11,858 nt of DNA from the UHGV virus genome UHGV-0338394. The stretch is one strand, 5' to 3'. The notes beneath the pieces were generated by a model. It did not search any database and was not told the origin of the DNA. It worked only from the letters and a program-made list of their open reading frames with translations. This document shows positions 1 to 7,248 of this stretch, in pieces. This DNA comes from a virus. The translations under genes and the position numbers were made by a program. The first letter of the stretch is position 1. Each line of letters starts with the position of its first letter.

Positions 1-40
1 CGGAATTATGAAAATTCCGGGGAGTTTTCTAATAATTCCG
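1..40. promoter_or_regulatory. Operator-like repeats upstream of alpA: palindrome CGGAATT-N5-AATTCCG (1-19) plus a third AATTCCG copy (34-40)
   Basis: Read directly: CGGAATT at 1-7 and its reverse complement AATTCCG at 13-19, with AATTCCG repeated at 34-40 (21 bp, about two helical turns, after the first copy). The palindrome may be truncated by the window edge. Position is upstream of alpA, where an int/alpA divergent control region is expected. Confidence 0.35.
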
Positions 41-69
41 ATACATTACAATCTATTGCTCCCATCATA

Positions 70-107
70 CCCGTAACGAAGCAACAACCATCAAAAGAGG
101 TTACGGG
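70..107 (+). promoter_or_regulatory. Inverted repeat CCCGTAAC-N22-GTTACGGG spanning the alpA ribosome-binding region
   Basis: Perfect 8-bp arms at 70-77 and 100-107. The purine-rich AAGAGG (95-100) lies at the junction and the alpA ATG is at 112. Could be a 5'-UTR hairpin or a protein operator. Confidence 0.3.
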
Positions 108-111
108 ACAT

Positions 112-330
112 ATGGCAACACATAACGCAACAACCCACACAATCCCCCAATCTGGCTATATCCGACGCTTCCGCCTTGCTGAATTGCTGGGCGTTAGCGT
201 TTCCACCATTGATCGCAAAGTTCGCAATGGGGTTCTGCCGCGCCCGGTAAAGCTGGGCGAGAAGATTACCGCCTTTGATGCGGTAGAGATTAACAACTGG
301 CTGGCAGAGCGTCGCGGGAAGGTGGCCTGA
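112..330 (+). CDS. alpA: AlpA/Vis-family excisionase-type transcriptional regulator (72 aa)
   Basis: Small protein with the AlpA-type HTH signature RLAELLGVSVSTIDRKVRNGVLPRPVKLGEKITAFDAVEINNWL. It is the first gene of a co-directional operon, as in CP4-57/P4-like elements and Gram-negative PICIs. Confidence 0.85.
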   Translation: MATHNATTHTIPQSGYIRRFRLAELLGVSVSTIDRKVRNGVLPRPVKLGEKITAFDAVEINNWLAERRGKVA

Positions 331-764
331 TGAAAAAAGAAAACCGCCCCGGACAGCAGGCGGCTAACATAGATATTCGCGGATCTGATGTTACGCCACC
401 AGCGCCCACCACACAAGCGCCACGCCGCACACCGAAGAAGCACCGCGCCCGCGTCTATATGCTACGCACTGGGGTAGAGGGATGGACAGAAAACGACATT
501 CTGCGCTACTGCCGCCTTTCGTCTGGAAGGAACTACGCCAGCGAGTTAGAACGCAGACTTGATATTCAGTTAGAGCGTATAGACGAAAAGAACCCCGACG
601 GGATAGGGTCACATTTACGCTATCGCTTTACCGGGCGCGGTGACGTTCTAAAAGTTATTCGGCTTGTGAACCATAACGCCGACGCTGGCGGCTATCAGGG
701 ACTTTCTCAGCCTGAAATTGCCGACATTCTCAATCTATACCCGGACAATTTCACCGCCGCCTAA
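330..764 (+). CDS. Hypothetical protein (144 aa), translationally coupled to alpA
   Basis: ATG overlaps the alpA stop (TGATG). Basic, Pro/Thr-rich N-terminus. No motif I can assign. Confidence 0.55.
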   Translation: MKKENRPGQQAANIDIRGSDVTPPAPTTQAPRRTPKKHRARVYMLRTGVEGWTENDILRYCRLSSGRNYASELERRLDIQLERIDEKNPDGIGSHLRYRFTGRGDVLKVIRLVNHNADAGGYQGLSQPEIADILNLYPDNFTAA

Positions 765-776
765 CGGAGACTGAAA

Positions 777-1610
777 ATGAACATCGAAAAAAGCAGATTA
801 ATTTCTGAGGCCGCCCCTCATCTGAACGCCTATCAGGGCACAATTAACGGTAATGAATTTGCCGCAATTGTCCCGGTTATTCCTGGTCATATCGGTGGGC
901 GTGAAACCAATATTGTTAGCGCAAAAGCGTTACACAAAGCGTTGGGCGTGGGAAAAGACTTCTCTACATGGATCACTGATCGCATCTCTGAATATGACTT
1001 CACCATTGGGCACGATTACTCAGTCCATAAAACTATTTCCCCAAATTTGGGGAAAAGCCCGAATGGCGCGGCTTACAGCAAGATTAAGCACTCTGGCAGA
1101 CCCGGCAAAGACTATCTGTTAAGTGTCGGAATGGCGAAAGAACTGGCAATGATCGAACGCACCGAACAGGGCCGCGCCGTTCGACGTTACTTCATTCAGT
1201 GTGAGGAAGCACTACAGCGCAGCGTGCCAGAGATTGCCGCTCAGTATCGCCGCCAGCTAAAAGCCCGTATCAGTGCCGCCAACCTGTTTAAGCCGATGTG
1301 CGCAGCACTTGAAAGCGCCCGCGCAGAACAGGGCAAACAGACACAGCAGCGCCACTACAGCAACGAGAGCAACATGATCGCCCGTATCGTGCTGGGTGGC
1401 ATGACGGCAAAGCAGTGGGCGCAGGCAAATGGCATTACTGGCGAACCACGGGACAGCATGAACGCAGCACAGCTTGAACACCTCGCCTATCTGGAAAGCA
1501 CCAATATCACGCTAATTGAGCTGGGGCAGGACTACCAGAAGCGCAAAGACGAGTTAATGCGCCTTTCACAGCGCTGGCTGGCGAAGCGTATGGGGGTAAA
1601 CCATGCGTAA
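777..1610 (+). CDS. Phage antirepressor-like protein (AntA-type N-terminal domain plus KilA-C-like C-terminal region), 277 aa
   Basis: GGAG ribosome-binding site 7 nt upstream of the ATG. The N-terminal segment SAKALHKALGVGKDFSTWITDRISEYDF and the central DYLLSVGMAKELAMIERTEQGRAVRRYFIQCEE match my recollection of AntA/KilA-C antirepressor signatures. Confidence 0.7.
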   Translation: MNIEKSRLISEAAPHLNAYQGTINGNEFAAIVPVIPGHIGGRETNIVSAKALHKALGVGKDFSTWITDRISEYDFTIGHDYSVHKTISPNLGKSPNGAAYSKIKHSGRPGKDYLLSVGMAKELAMIERTEQGRAVRRYFIQCEEALQRSVPEIAAQYRRQLKARISAANLFKPMCAALESARAEQGKQTQQRHYSNESNMIARIVLGGMTAKQWAQANGITGEPRDSMNAAQLEHLAYLESTNITLIELGQDYQKRKDELMRLSQRWLAKRMGVNHA

Positions 1611-1785
1611 CCATAATCCGATGCCGGGAAGCCGTTACAAGGATTCGCACGGGGCTGTAGTGACCGTACAGCGCGTCGAGCATAACCGCGTGACCTTTTA
1701 CCGCGAGGGCTATCAGTCGCCATGTGTTCAGCCTTTGGAGAGATTCGTTAAGGAGTTCGTGGAGGTGCGCCGTGATACTGAATGA
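1603..1785 (+). CDS. Small DUF4222-like protein (60 aa)
   Basis: ATG overlaps the upstream stop (ATGCGTAA). The pattern PGSRYKDSHGAVVTVQRVEHNRVTFYREGYQSPCVQPLERF resembles the small DUF4222 proteins common in enterobacterial P4-like prophages. Assigned from memory. Confidence 0.5.
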   Translation: MRNHNPMPGSRYKDSHGAVVTVQRVEHNRVTFYREGYQSPCVQPLERFVKEFVEVRRDTE

Positions 1786-2284
1786 ACCTGCCGCCCAGAA
1801 AGAAGCCTTTAATCTGGCTGGCATGTTGTCAAAAGTTGACATCTGCAACCTTACAAAACCTGATATTGATACCGCAGCGCCCGGAGTTCCGTTATCAGTA
1901 CGCGAGGCGCTTACCCTCAACAAAAAGATGGTGAGCCGTGCACAGGAAAAACTCTTAAAGGGTTACGGTTTTATCTGGTATGACCACCTAGCAGAGAAAA
2001 GCTGTTATAGTCCAAGCGTTGCTGCAAAATCAGCAACCGGGATTGGAACCCCGAACACACTAAGGGCGACACAGACGCCGAAAGCGTCTTTTTTTGCGTC
2101 CGATCACCACGCACATCAAATCAGCGGCCTTGCCCGTACTGTATCTATGGTGGCGTTAGTGGGGCTACGTTCGCGTAGGCCGGTTTCCTTTGTGTCCGGT
2201 AGTTCCAACCCTGCTAACGTCACCGCCACTATTAAGATTGGAACCTTATGCGGTGACTCCTTAAACACAAAGGAGGCTGCCATA
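1786..2284 (+). promoter_or_regulatory. Probable non-coding control region, with a P4-type RNA-immunity-like arrangement of short complementary motifs
   Basis: GATTGGAACC occurs at 2041-2050 and 2236-2245, and its near reverse complement GTTCCAACCC at 2202-2211 lies between them. A UUCG-tetraloop hairpin sits at 2165-2178 and an intrinsic terminator at 2073-2095. The only long ORF across the region (1724-2476) reads through that terminator and has a low-complexity middle section. Confidence 0.35.
2073..2095 (+). terminator. Rho-independent terminator (AGACGC-CGAAA-GCGTCT followed by a T-run)
   Basis: 6-bp GC-rich stem (2073-2078 pairing with 2084-2089), a 5-nt loop, and a 7-T run (2089-2095) whose first T also closes the stem. 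Confidence 0.6.
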
Positions 2285-2476
2285 ATGGCTACTACCCCTA
2301 CCCAAAAACCATCATTTATCTGGTTAATCGCAGCAGTTCGCCGCGATATGCCGACAATTACCGCCAAAATTCACCATATCGCCGCAGAGACTGAGCAGGA
2401 AGCCCGCCGCATTCTGGCGCGGGATCACGTTTGCTTTTTTGCCGGACGTATTCGCACAGGGGGCGCACATGCTTAA
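2285..2476 (+). CDS. Small hypothetical protein (63 aa), first gene of the operon leading to the primase
   Basis: Strong AAGGAGG ribosome-binding site at 2270-2276, 8 nt before the ATG at 2285. Lies immediately downstream of the putative control region. The start is chosen inside the longer ORF 1724-2476. Confidence 0.5.
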   Translation: MATTPTQKPSFIWLIAAVRRDMPTITAKIHHIAAETEQEARRILARDHVCFFAGRIRTGGAHA

Positions 2477-2648
2477 TTACTTCCGTGTTGCAGGATGCGC
2501 CACCGCCCGGAGCGGCGAATTAGTCGAGTTCGTTTATATCGTTGACGCCCGCAGCGCGATCAGCGCCAAAGCTGAGGCGCTAAATCAGGCCAGAAATGAA
2601 CGCCTTTCCCACATCCAGATTACCCGCGTTCGTGAGGTGGCGGCATGA
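2469..2648 (+). CDS. Small hypothetical protein (59 aa)
   Basis: AGGGGG ribosome-binding site at 2456-2461. ATG at 2469 overlaps the upstream stop (ATGCTTAA). Confidence 0.45.
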   Translation: MLNYFRVAGCATARSGELVEFVYIVDARSAISAKAEALNQARNERLSHIQITRVREVAA

Positions 2649-2959
2649 GCATGTATGACGATTTAGTGTCCTGCAAATTTGATGGTTGTACACCTGATGA
2701 TCTGAACGGAATTGAGAGCTGCGCCAGTGATGCCGTGGATGATTTAATGCTGGGCGTAAGTGCCATTGGTAGCCTCATGTTCTGGGCGGCTGGTAGCGAT
2801 GGCTACCCGGAGGAAAGCGCTAAGGCTGATATGTACAGATTAGGCGCAATGCTGGGACATATCGGAGAAGTTGCGCGGGCGCTGAACGATAGCGCTGCAA
2901 ACGCCGCATTCTTGCGCTCAATCAGTGAAAAAGAAGCCAAAGGGAGGGCGGGCAAATGA
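2645..2959 (+). CDS. Hypothetical acidic protein (104 aa)
   Basis: ATGA start/stop overlap with the upstream gene. Continuous + strand operon. Confidence 0.6.
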   Translation: MSMYDDLVSCKFDGCTPDDLNGIESCASDAVDDLMLGVSAIGSLMFWAAGSDGYPEESAKADMYRLGAMLGHIGEVARALNDSAANAAFLRSISEKEAKGRAGK

Positions 2960-3219
2960 ACATAACTACCATCTATCGCCACCCGGCAGAGCTGGAAGCC
3001 GAAGCGATGTTATCCCGCGAGCAGGCTTACCCGGATGATTTTACGCTGGCAGACCGAACGGCAGAACGCATGACCCGCGCCCGCAATGGGCTGGCTCACG
3101 TTATGACCGAATTAGCCCCGCACATGGACGCAGAGCAAACAGCAGCCGTCCAGTGCTGGCTGATGAAGGTTTTGGCTATTGTCGATGCCACCCTGATTGA
3201 TGCGGAGGGCAGCGCATGA
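2956..3219 (+). CDS. Hypothetical protein (87 aa)
   Basis: ATGA overlap with the upstream gene. Confidence 0.6.
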   Translation: MNITTIYRHPAELEAEAMLSREQAYPDDFTLADRTAERMTRARNGLAHVMTELAPHMDAEQTAAVQCWLMKVLAIVDATLIDAEGSA

Positions 3220-3842
3220 GCAACGCACCGACCATTAAATCGGGAAATGCCGACTTATTACACGCCGAAGCCACACCGCACGGCGTCAATATCATGACCC
3301 GCAATGATGCCGGGGGATATGAGCAGGTTGCTCTTATCAGCTACGAGAGCGCCGTGAACGGCCTTGACGCCGGAGAGTACGACGATAAGCCAGATATCGG
3401 ATACGCCATTCATTTTGCCGTTGCTGATGGCGGGGCGCGTGGCTGGTTCGACTTCACCGCGCAGCATAACGTCACTATGTGGCGCTGGCTGATTGCTGCG
3501 ACGTTCATTTCTGAGATGAAGCGCGAAAACGGCACAACCACGGTAACTGAGTCTGACGGCACTTCATCGCAGGTGGCGATTTACTCCAATGGCACGGCGG
3601 GGATTGTGGTTTACCCGTTCGCGGAACGTCTGGCGATGGCTAACAACATGGAGGGCGCAATGGTTGAGCGCTACGGCATTGAGCAGGGAACAGCGAACGC
3701 CATTGTTTTTTATCAGGCCATGATCGACACGGAGCGCGGCGAGTTGACCCCGTTCGGGCGTGAAACGCTTGCTGAACTTCACAACAGCTTTATAGCTGAA
3801 CTGGATGAAAACGGCTGGCCTGAAATGCCGCTGCCGCACTGA
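3216..3842 (+). CDS. Hypothetical protein (208 aa)
   Basis: ATGA overlap with the upstream gene. Long ORF with ordinary amino-acid composition. No motif I can assign. Confidence 0.65.
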   Translation: MSNAPTIKSGNADLLHAEATPHGVNIMTRNDAGGYEQVALISYESAVNGLDAGEYDDKPDIGYAIHFAVADGGARGWFDFTAQHNVTMWRWLIAATFISEMKRENGTTTVTESDGTSSQVAIYSNGTAGIVVYPFAERLAMANNMEGAMVERYGIEQGTANAIVFYQAMIDTERGELTPFGRETLAELHNSFIAELDENGWPEMPLPH

Positions 3843-3851
3843 GGGGGCGAC

Positions 3852-4193
3852 ATGATTACTAAAAATTTCCGACTGAATGCGCTGGCGAATAAGTATGCGT
3901 CGGCACTGTATAACCACATTACCTCCACCAGCGGCGGGGACTATTTCATGGTTGATGCGGACGGCCTCGCCGTCCGTGTGGAAATCGTCAATGGAGTAAA
4001 AGGCGTTCGCAGCCTGATCGATAGCTACACACTGGCAGCCATGAAAGTGTCCTACCCGCAGTGGGAAACCGTGGGGATAGAGATTCTTGATCGTTGCGTC
4101 ACTAATGACGGATTGACTGACGTCGGGCGTGAGATATGGCAAAGCATGGTTAAAGACATGGGCGCGACCGTGGCAGGGGGCAACCATGCGTAA
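3852..4193 (+). CDS. Hypothetical protein (113 aa)
   Basis: GAGGGGG ribosome-binding site upstream of the ATG at 3852. The stop overlaps the primase start. Confidence 0.65.
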   Translation: MITKNFRLNALANKYASALYNHITSTSGGDYFMVDADGLAVRVEIVNGVKGVRSLIDSYTLAAMKVSYPQWETVGIEILDRCVTNDGLTDVGREIWQSMVKDMGATVAGGNHA

Positions 4194-6627
4194 TATCGAC
4201 CTTATCCGCGAAGTGACCAGTGCCGCCGCCGGGCGCTGGCCTTATGTGCTGGCTGGATTGTCTATCGACGTGCCTGATTCATCGCGCCGCCATTCTCCAT
4301 GCCCTGCATGTGGTGGGAAAGACCGTTTCAGATTCGACGACAACGGGCGCGGTAGCTTTATCTGCAATCAGTGTGGCGCTGGTGACGGTTTAGACCTGAT
4401 TAAGAAGGTGAACAACTGCGACACCACAGAAGCGGCGAGGCTTGCCGCTGATGTGCTGGGTATTGATTACCGGGCAGCGCAAACCGACCCGGTGGCAGCG
4501 AGCCATAGAAGAGAGCAACTGGAAGCTGACCGCCAGCAGCGTGAGCAGGAGCGCCAGAAACAGGCAGCAGAGGATGCAGAGCAGCGAAGGGCTACGTTTG
4601 CCCGTCTGTATGCCGGAATGCGCCAGAGTGCCACACAGGGCGAATCTGATTACCTGCAATCAAAAGGGCTGACCGGGTTTAAATATCCGGTAATGCCGGA
4701 TGGTTCGTTATTGCTGGAGCTGGTGGACGAATCCGGCGCAGTGGCAGCAGCGCAAACCATTACACCGCAGGGAGAGAAGCGACTCCTGACAGGTTCAGCA
4801 AAGCGCGGGGCATATCACGCCGTAAACGCGCCAGAATCGCCGCAGAGCGTTTTAATTGCCGAGGGGCTGGCGACGGCCCTTTCAGTTCACCTGATGCGCC
4901 CGGACGCGCTGGCAGTGGCAGCAATTGACGCGGGCAACCTGCTACCCGTTGCCGAAGTGATGCGCCGGATATATCCAGCCACGCAGATTATCATTGCCGC
5001 AGATAACGACCACCAGCAGGACGAACAGGCGAACACGGGCAAAGATGCCGCAGAGAAAGCCGCCTTATCCGTGGCTGGCTGGGTGGCGCTGCCGCCGACA
5101 GACTACAAAGCCGACTGGGACGACTACCGCCAGCAAAACGGGCTGGAAGTCGCTACGGCTGCGTTTAACGATTCGATGTACCAGATTCAGGGGGAAGCCG
5201 TGAAACCACAACTACAGGCCATTGCGGGCGGTAAATCCCGCCGTAAAGCCGAAGTCGGAGATATTGCACAAATGGCAGCCAGCCAGAAAGCGCGGTTGCT
5301 TTCATCTCGCTGGGATATGTTGGCGGTCAACCCTGATAGTGGCGCTGTTTACTGCTACGAATCTGGCGTATGGGAGAAGCTACCAGACAGTGAATTAGAA
5401 AGGGTTATGGTGGCAATTTTCGACGAGCACGAAGCCCACTACACCGAAAAGGGGATTAAATCGGTTGTCGCAACCATGAAGCTGCAAATACCGGTAATTG
5501 GTGAGCGGAGCGGGGATCTGATTGGTTTTGATAACGGCGTTTATGACCTCGCCACGCAGACGTTTTCCGCCCATTCGCCGGGTAACTGGCTGATGAACCA
5601 CAATGGGATCACCTACACCCCGCCAGCGCCGGGGGAAAATATTACCACCAGCGCCCCCAATTTTACCCGTTGGCTGAATCATGCAACGGCTGGCGACCAT
5701 CATAAGGCCGAGCGTATCAAAGCAGCCTTGTTTATGGTGCTGGCGAAGCGTCACGACTGGCAGCTATTCATTGAGATAACTGGCGAGGGCGGCAGTGGGA
5801 AATCCGTATTCAGCAGCATAGCAACCACGCTGGCAGGTGAACACAACACCGCCAGCGGTAGCATGATGACGCTGGACACCGCACGGGGACGGGCGCAGTT
5901 CGTAGGGAAAAGCCTGATTATTATGCCTGACCAGACCCGCTACGTTGGAGAGGGTGCGGGGATTAAAGCCATTACGGGCGGCGATCCGGTAGAGATTGAT
6001 GGGAAATATGAAAAGCAGTTCACAACCGTGATAAATGCCGTTGTTATGGCAACCAATAACGAGCCGATGACATTCACGGAGCGAAACGGGGGCATTGCCC
6101 GCCGCCGCGTGATATTCCCGTTTAATAACCCGGTATCAGACGCAGACAAAGACCCGGATTTAACCGCAAAAATCAGGCGAGAAATCCCGGTGATTATCCG
6201 CCACCTGCTAACCACCTTTGCCGACCAGAACAAAGCAAAGGCACTATTACTAGAGCAGCGCGATTCGCAGGAGGCGCTAGAGGTTAAACGCGGCACGGAT
6301 CCGGTTGTCGATATGTGTGCGGCGCTTTTTTTCATGAACGAACCCAAAGGCATGATGATGGGCGGAGGTACATGGGCAGGCCAGCCAGAGCCGAGGACGT
6401 ATCTTTATCATCTTTATCTGGCGTTTATGGAGTATCACGGTTTGGGTAAACCGCTTTCCGTCAATAAGTTTTCACGCGCCATAAAATCAGCAGCAAAAGA
6501 GTACCGAGCCAGCTACCTGACGAGAAGCATTAACGGCAGAGCGCAAACCAACGTTGGCTATAACGAGAAGGCTGAGGAGTTCATGCCCCGTGCTTACGGT
6601 GTGGAGAGCGGGCAGAGTGATGATTGA
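4186..6627 (+). CDS. P4 alpha-type DNA primase-helicase (zinc ribbon, Toprim and SF3 helicase domains), 813 aa
   Basis: Start taken at ATG 4186 (AGGGGG site at 4175-4180) rather than 4129. Zinc ribbon CPACGGKDRFRFDDNGRGSFICNQCG, Toprim acidic residues (VLIAEGLATALS and IIIAADNDHQQDE), Walker A GEGGSGKS, Walker B-like SLIIMPDQ, and SF3 motif C VVMATNNEP. Confidence 0.9.
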   Translation: MRNIDLIREVTSAAAGRWPYVLAGLSIDVPDSSRRHSPCPACGGKDRFRFDDNGRGSFICNQCGAGDGLDLIKKVNNCDTTEAARLAADVLGIDYRAAQTDPVAASHRREQLEADRQQREQERQKQAAEDAEQRRATFARLYAGMRQSATQGESDYLQSKGLTGFKYPVMPDGSLLLELVDESGAVAAAQTITPQGEKRLLTGSAKRGAYHAVNAPESPQSVLIAEGLATALSVHLMRPDALAVAAIDAGNLLPVAEVMRRIYPATQIIIAADNDHQQDEQANTGKDAAEKAALSVAGWVALPPTDYKADWDDYRQQNGLEVATAAFNDSMYQIQGEAVKPQLQAIAGGKSRRKAEVGDIAQMAASQKARLLSSRWDMLAVNPDSGAVYCYESGVWEKLPDSELERVMVAIFDEHEAHYTEKGIKSVVATMKLQIPVIGERSGDLIGFDNGVYDLATQTFSAHSPGNWLMNHNGITYTPPAPGENITTSAPNFTRWLNHATAGDHHKAERIKAALFMVLAKRHDWQLFIEITGEGGSGKSVFSSIATTLAGEHNTASGSMMTLDTARGRAQFVGKSLIIMPDQTRYVGEGAGIKAITGGDPVEIDGKYEKQFTTVINAVVMATNNEPMTFTERNGGIARRRVIFPFNNPVSDADKDPDLTAKIRREIPVIIRHLLTTFADQNKAKALLLEQRDSQEALEVKRGTDPVVDMCAALFFMNEPKGMMMGGGTWAGQPEPRTYLYHLYLAFMEYHGLGKPLSVNKFSRAIKSAAKEYRASYLTRSINGRAQTNVGYNEKAEEFMPRAYGVESGQSDD

Positions 6628-6644
6628 AACTTTTACGGCGGCAC

Positions 6645-6893
6645 TTATCCCTACTGCCCTACTAAAAACGAGACGAGGCCAGACGTAGCAAGGCTTTAAA
6701 CTAGGTAGGGATATATATTTTTATCCCTACTTATCCCTACTTATCCCTACCAAATAAAACAGGCAGCAAAATGCCGTTGAAGTGATTTAGTAGGGATAAG
6801 TAGGGTTATGTAGGGCAACAAAATTGAATGCCTACCAGTCTGAAAGCCTTGCCATTCGTGGCCTGAGCCAGTTAGTAGGGATTGGTAGGGATA
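6645..6893. repeat. Iteron array, probably the replication origin: at least ten copies of TTATCCCTAC / GTAGGGATAA in both orientations
   Basis: Direct copies at 6645-6654, 6721-6730, 6731-6740 and 6741-6750 (a head-to-tail triplet). Inverted copies at 6704-6713, 6790-6799, 6800-6809, 6810-6816, 6875-6883 and 6884-6893. An A-rich spacer lies between the clusters. The array is immediately 3' of the primase gene, as ori/crr is in P4. Confidence 0.7.
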
Positions 6894-6945
6894 TTACACC
6901 CCCAAAAAGATTCTATGGGGGGGTAGCTTATAACGAAGGTGGGCA

Positions 6946-7248
6946 ATGAATACAGAAACCAGCCAGAAAATGACCTATCAGGAGCGTGAAGCATTGAAGG
7001 GGTTTACTGACAAACGCGCATTACAGGGCGACACCCAAAGCCTGCAAATGACCTTGAGGATGATCGCCCACTGGATGAGGCAGCCAGCAGAAATTGGATT
7101 TACAGAATATGCAACACACTGGACGGCAGCACAGGCCGGACGTGATGACGGGAATCACTCGACCGCAGCAATGGCGGAGCAGTGGCCTTTAAGGGAAGAA
7201 ATGAAAATTATCCCCGGAGGTAGTGACTACATGAGGAAATATCTATGA
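6946..7248 (+). CDS. Hypothetical protein (100 aa), first gene of the four-gene accessory operon
   Basis: GAAGGTGGG ribosome-binding site. The stop overlaps the next gene's ATG (ATGA). Confidence 0.6.
   Translation: MNTETSQKMTYQEREALKGFTDKRALQGDTQSLQMTLRMIAHWMRQPAEIGFTEYATHWTAAQAGRDDGNHSTAAMAEQWPLREEMKIIPGGSDYMRKYL

Noticed and set aside
853-1122. 89-aa + strand ORF in an alternative frame inside the antirepressor gene
   Set aside because: Overlaps a gene with clear family signatures in another frame and has no start context. Similar reasoning applies to 4390-4659, 4442-4672, 4994-5203, 8052-8303, 8125-8406, 9405-9767 and 9713-9967.
1507-1923. 138-aa minus-strand ORF (and the nested 1532-1723 ORF)
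   Set aside because: Antisense to the antirepressor and DUF4222-like genes. Looks like a reverse-frame artefact.
1724-2476. Single 250-aa ORF from the six-frame track
   Set aside because: It reads through a canonical intrinsic terminator (2073-2095) and has a low-complexity Ser/Thr/Ala-rich middle. A strong ribosome-binding site and in-frame ATG at 2285 give a more credible short gene. A short real CDS near 1772-2000 that is fused by a sequence error cannot be excluded.
3564-4187. 207-aa minus-strand ORF
   Set aside because: Antisense to two well-supported + strand genes. Arg/His/Cys-rich composition typical of a reverse-frame artefact. No ribosome-binding site context.
5395-6353. Minus-strand ORFs 5395-5754 and 5940-6353 inside the primase gene
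   Set aside because: Embedded antisense in a long, motif-rich primase-helicase CDS. No independent support.
6645-6893. Possible CRISPR array
   Set aside because: The repeat unit is only about 10 bp, occurs in both orientations and is partly contiguous with no unique spacers. This is an iteron organisation next to a primase gene, not a CRISPR array.
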